Of a stretch of DNA of 42,929 bases, positions 40,072-42,929 are shown one piece after another. The notes beneath the pieces are model-generated. The model made no database searches. It had not been told where the DNA came from and saw nothing but the letters and a program-made list of their open reading frames with translations. Positions within the stretch are counted from its first letter, which is position 1, and each line of letters opens with the position of its first letter. Source of the stretch: Ignisphaera sp. (GTDB lineage Archaea > Thermoproteota > Thermoprotei_A > Sulfolobales > Ignisphaeraceae); assembly GCA_038821645.1 (NCBI GenBank), contig JAWBDT010000017.1, forward strand, positions 1 through 42,929, given 5' to 3'. The translations under genes were made by a program, and so were the position numbers.

Positions 40072-40365
40072 GTGTTGGTTGTATACATACCGAGGGATGA
40101 GTTAATAGATGTTATAGTTCGTAATGGCATGGTTGAAGAATTCGCTTCTTGGATTAAGAAGAAGCTCGGAGATGATTGTGATCCAATTTCTCTAGAAGAT
40201 GTAGATTATGAATATCTGCTTCATTTCGCTATAGAGAAAAAGCTGATAAATGTTGATGAGCTTCCAGAATATATTAAAGATGCAGAGAATCTACACTATC
40301 CTGATATTGATGACAAAGAACTTGAAATGAAGAGGTTGCCTAGAAAGATCAGACGAAAGACATAG
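40072..40365 (+). CDS. Small hypothetical protein
   Basis: 97 aa, acidic core with basic C-tail, AGGTG SD upstream, convergent with the helicase gene. Confidence 0.65.
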   Translation: MLVVYIPRDELIDVIVRNGMVEEFASWIKKKLGDDCDPISLEDVDYEYLLHFAIEKKLINVDELPEYIKDAENLHYPDIDDKELEMKRLPRKIRRKT

Positions 40366-40367
40366 AT

Positions 40368-42542
40368 CTATTCCTCTTTACTGCTTACATCATTAGTATA
40401 GACATTCTCTACTTCTTCTAAAATCTTTTTACCCCATCCATCACCTAAAAGTTTTATCAGAAGCTCACGCTTTTCGATAATATCCTTAATGTTTCTTATA
40501 CCATTATTAGCAAGAATTCTAGCTCTAACTCTACCTATGTACTTGAGCTTGACTAAATCTAGAACATCCTCTCGGACTCCGTGTCTCACTCTCTCAATTA
40601 GTACTTCAAGCTTATCGCTATGTCTCTTCAATCCCACAGTTTTTGTAATGATGTATGCTGAAAATACAAGCCATTCACCAGTTTCTTTGATAACTCCGAG
40701 ATCACCAAGCTCTATACCGTATCGTTCAACAATAACTCTTTCGGGAACCTCTTCTATCCAATCTCTTAATATCAATCCAATTAAACATCCTCTAAACCAA
40801 TCTACATTAGGATCTTTTGCTCTATCCTCTAAAGATTTTGATGGAACTTCTTCTCTCATTTCAAGATCTGCTACAAGTTCTTCGAACCATTCATATGTCT
40901 GTCTAGCTATATGTATATCACTAAAATCAGGAGTCATACCTATGAGAGAAAGGTAGTATAGAAGAGGTACATCTTCTCTGTCTTTTAGTCCATCTATTAT
41001 TATGAAGCTTGAGACAGGATCTATGTAGAGCCACGATGTTGCCATACCCAAGCTTGTAGGTGTGAATGTTACTTCTGTTCCAGTCTTTCTTGATCTAATC
41101 ATTGCAAGCTCTTCTAGCATAGTTACTGTCTCTCTTAGTTTTTCTTCTATGGTTACTGGATCCATATTTACTGCATTGAACGACATACTAAAAAACTTGA
41201 CAAGATCCCGTAATGTTGGTGTTTCTCCTGACGATATTGAAGCGAGTACGTGTTTTCGTAGAGCATCATCATTCCATAGACTTGAACTTATAGCTTCTGG
41301 TGTACCATCAATATATCTTTTGGCTTCAGATAGAGATGCCACGTCTTTACCTATCACAACTATACCGTATGGATCATATTGAGGTCTTCCAGCACGACCT
41401 GAAAGCTGTTTGTATTCTAATATACTGATCCTCTTCATGTATTTCTCGCTAAAGTATCTAGTGTTTATGATCACCACTCTAGCAGGTAGATTAACGCCCA
41501 TGGCTAGTGTTGGTGTAGCAGCTAAGTATCTCAGTAGTCTTTCTCTAAATGCTTTTTCTATGAATTGTCTAGCGTTAAACGATAGTCCAGCGTGATGATA
41601 GGATGCTCCACAACGTATTAACGGATATAGTTTTTCGTATTCAAAATCGTGGAGCTGATCTTTGAGCTCTTTTGCTAAAACATCTAGTTCTCGTAGTTCG
41701 TAATCTGGTAGGGATTTGCACAATACGGGAGCATATGTATAGGCTAATTCTTCAACTGCTTTTCTAGAATATTTGAACTCTAATACATTAAAACCTTCAC
41801 TAATAGCTTTTTGTAACCAGTAATTGGTTAAATCATCGACAGTTATAGTGTCTAGACCATAAGTTGCTCCTCTAGGTATGATCATGGTCCAGGTTTTTTC
41901 ACCTCTATTCTTATAAGCTATAACCTCGTAAAGCTTTACAGGTCTCCAATCAGATTTAATGAGAATAGCATTAAGCCATTTAGCTACCTCTTCAGGATTG
42001 CCTATAGTTGCTGATAAAGCTACTATCTGTATTCCCAGCATTTTAGCCCTCATGGCTATCATCTCAACTATATGCCCTCTGCTAGAATCCCCAAGCATAT
42101 GCATTTCATCTATGACAACGGTTCTTACCTTATCGAACCATCTAGGTCTTTTCCTCATAATGGAGTCTAGACGTTCATAGGTAGTAACAATTAGGTCAAA
42201 TCTACCTAAGTTCTCTATCTCTTCTTGAGTAACGATGTAATCTCCAACAGATATACCAACCTTTATACCATATCGTTCCCAAAATTTGAATTCACTATAC
42301 TTTTCATAAGCTAGAGCCTTTAGTGGTGTTGTATAGATGCCTTTTCCATTTTTTGTAGCAGCATTAATTAGAGCTATTTCACCAATAAGAGTCTTACCGC
42401 TAGCAGTAGGCGCTACAACGAGCATGTTATTCATATCGAGAAGACCGTTTCTTAAAGCTTCGGCTTGTGGGGGTGTGAAACTCTTTATCCCTTTTTCTCT
42501 CAGTCCGCTGGCTATAGGCTCGGGGATATCCATAAACATCAC
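40368..42542 (-). CDS. hel308: Ski2-like SF2 DNA helicase Hel308/Hjm
   Basis: APTASGKT, DEMH, ALSAT, WRPV, HHAGL, TPTLAMGVNLPA, Q..GRAGRP and C-terminal HhH IGRVRARIL. Confidence 0.92.
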   Translation of the reverse strand: MMFMDIPEPIASGLREKGIKSFTPPQAEALRNGLLDMNNMLVVAPTASGKTLIGEIALINAATKNGKGIYTTPLKALAYEKYSEFKFWERYGIKVGISVGDYIVTQEEIENLGRFDLIVTTYERLDSIMRKRPRWFDKVRTVVIDEMHMLGDSSRGHIVEMIAMRAKMLGIQIVALSATIGNPEEVAKWLNAILIKSDWRPVKLYEVIAYKNRGEKTWTMIIPRGATYGLDTITVDDLTNYWLQKAISEGFNVLEFKYSRKAVEELAYTYAPVLCKSLPDYELRELDVLAKELKDQLHDFEYEKLYPLIRCGASYHHAGLSFNARQFIEKAFRERLLRYLAATPTLAMGVNLPARVVIINTRYFSEKYMKRISILEYKQLSGRAGRPQYDPYGIVVIGKDVASLSEAKRYIDGTPEAISSSLWNDDALRKHVLASISSGETPTLRDLVKFFSMSFNAVNMDPVTIEEKLRETVTMLEELAMIRSRKTGTEVTFTPTSLGMATSWLYIDPVSSFIIIDGLKDREDVPLLYYLSLIGMTPDFSDIHIARQTYEWFEELVADLEMREEVPSKSLEDRAKDPNVDWFRGCLIGLILRDWIEEVPERVIVERYGIELGDLGVIKETGEWLVFSAYIITKTVGLKRHSDKLEVLIERVRHGVREDVLDLVKLKYIGRVRARILANNGIRNIKDIIEKRELLIKLLGDGWGKKILEEVENVYTNDVSSKEE

Positions 42543-42703
42543 TATGAGTACCCTGAATATCCATATGTTATCTTAACTTGCTGACGTTATATACTGAGAG
42601 GTGTCCAAAAATTACATAACACACTACTGCCTAAGAATATACCTCAATCATAATGCTAAAGCTTTTATTGTTTATCAAACATAATTAACTATGAGGTGGT
42701 GGT

Positions 42704-42929
42704 ATGGTTTTAGGACCTGTAGCTATTGCAGATAATGCCTATTGGGTTGGTGTAGATGACGAAATTAAAGAACTTTTTGAATCGCTTTGGCCTCTACCAT
42801 TCGGTATATCGTATAATGCTTATGCTGTAATAGGTAGTGATGCTGTTGCACTTATTGATACAGTTGATGAGAGGTATACATATGAGTATCTAGGTAAGGT
42901 TAAAGAAGTTGTTAAAGATTTTGATAGAA
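42704..42929 (+). CDS. fprA: FprA-type flavodiiron (metallo-beta-lactamase fold) protein, 3'-truncated by window edge
   Basis: Translated by hand: MVLGPVAIADNAYWVGVDD...FESLWPLPFGISYNAY...ALIDTV. GAGGTG SD upstream. Confidence 0.85.
   Translation, partial: MVLGPVAIADNAYWVGVDDEIKELFESLWPLPFGISYNAYAVIGSDAVALIDTVDERYTYEYLGKVKEVVKDFDR

Overview
AT-rich chromosomal segment of a hyperthermophilic crenarchaeon. Gene content and composition suggest Desulfurococcales (Ignisphaera-like); this is inference. It is core genome, with no CRISPR array, mobile element, rRNA or tRNA gene that I can see. It encodes a sugar aminotransferase, a DHH phosphoesterase, an AAA ATPase, tetraether lipid synthase (Tes), a minimal TGT-fold protein, a MoxR/DUF58 membrane cluster, pncB, leuS, a protein disulfide oxidoreductase, an NfeD-stomatin pair, an orphan archaellin, a branched-chain amino-acid cluster (ilvB-ilvH-ilvC, cimA-ilvD, leuA-leuB), a hisCGABFDEHI operon, Hel308 and the start of a flavodiiron protein. 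Three box C/D sRNAs missing from the ORF track are visible, two with tRNA-like predicted targets. The most unusual signal is at the 5' ends of all four amino-acid biosynthesis transcription units. leuA and hisC share a 16-nt 5' element that places an out-of-frame UUG followed by the cognate Leu or His codon. ilvB is preceded by a chain of two TAATG-coupled mini-ORFs, the first Val-rich. The conserved cimA N-terminus has no usable in-frame start and needs a +1 shift, read-through or non-canonical initiation. Together these may form an undescribed archaeal translational amino-acid-sensing system (hypothesis only).
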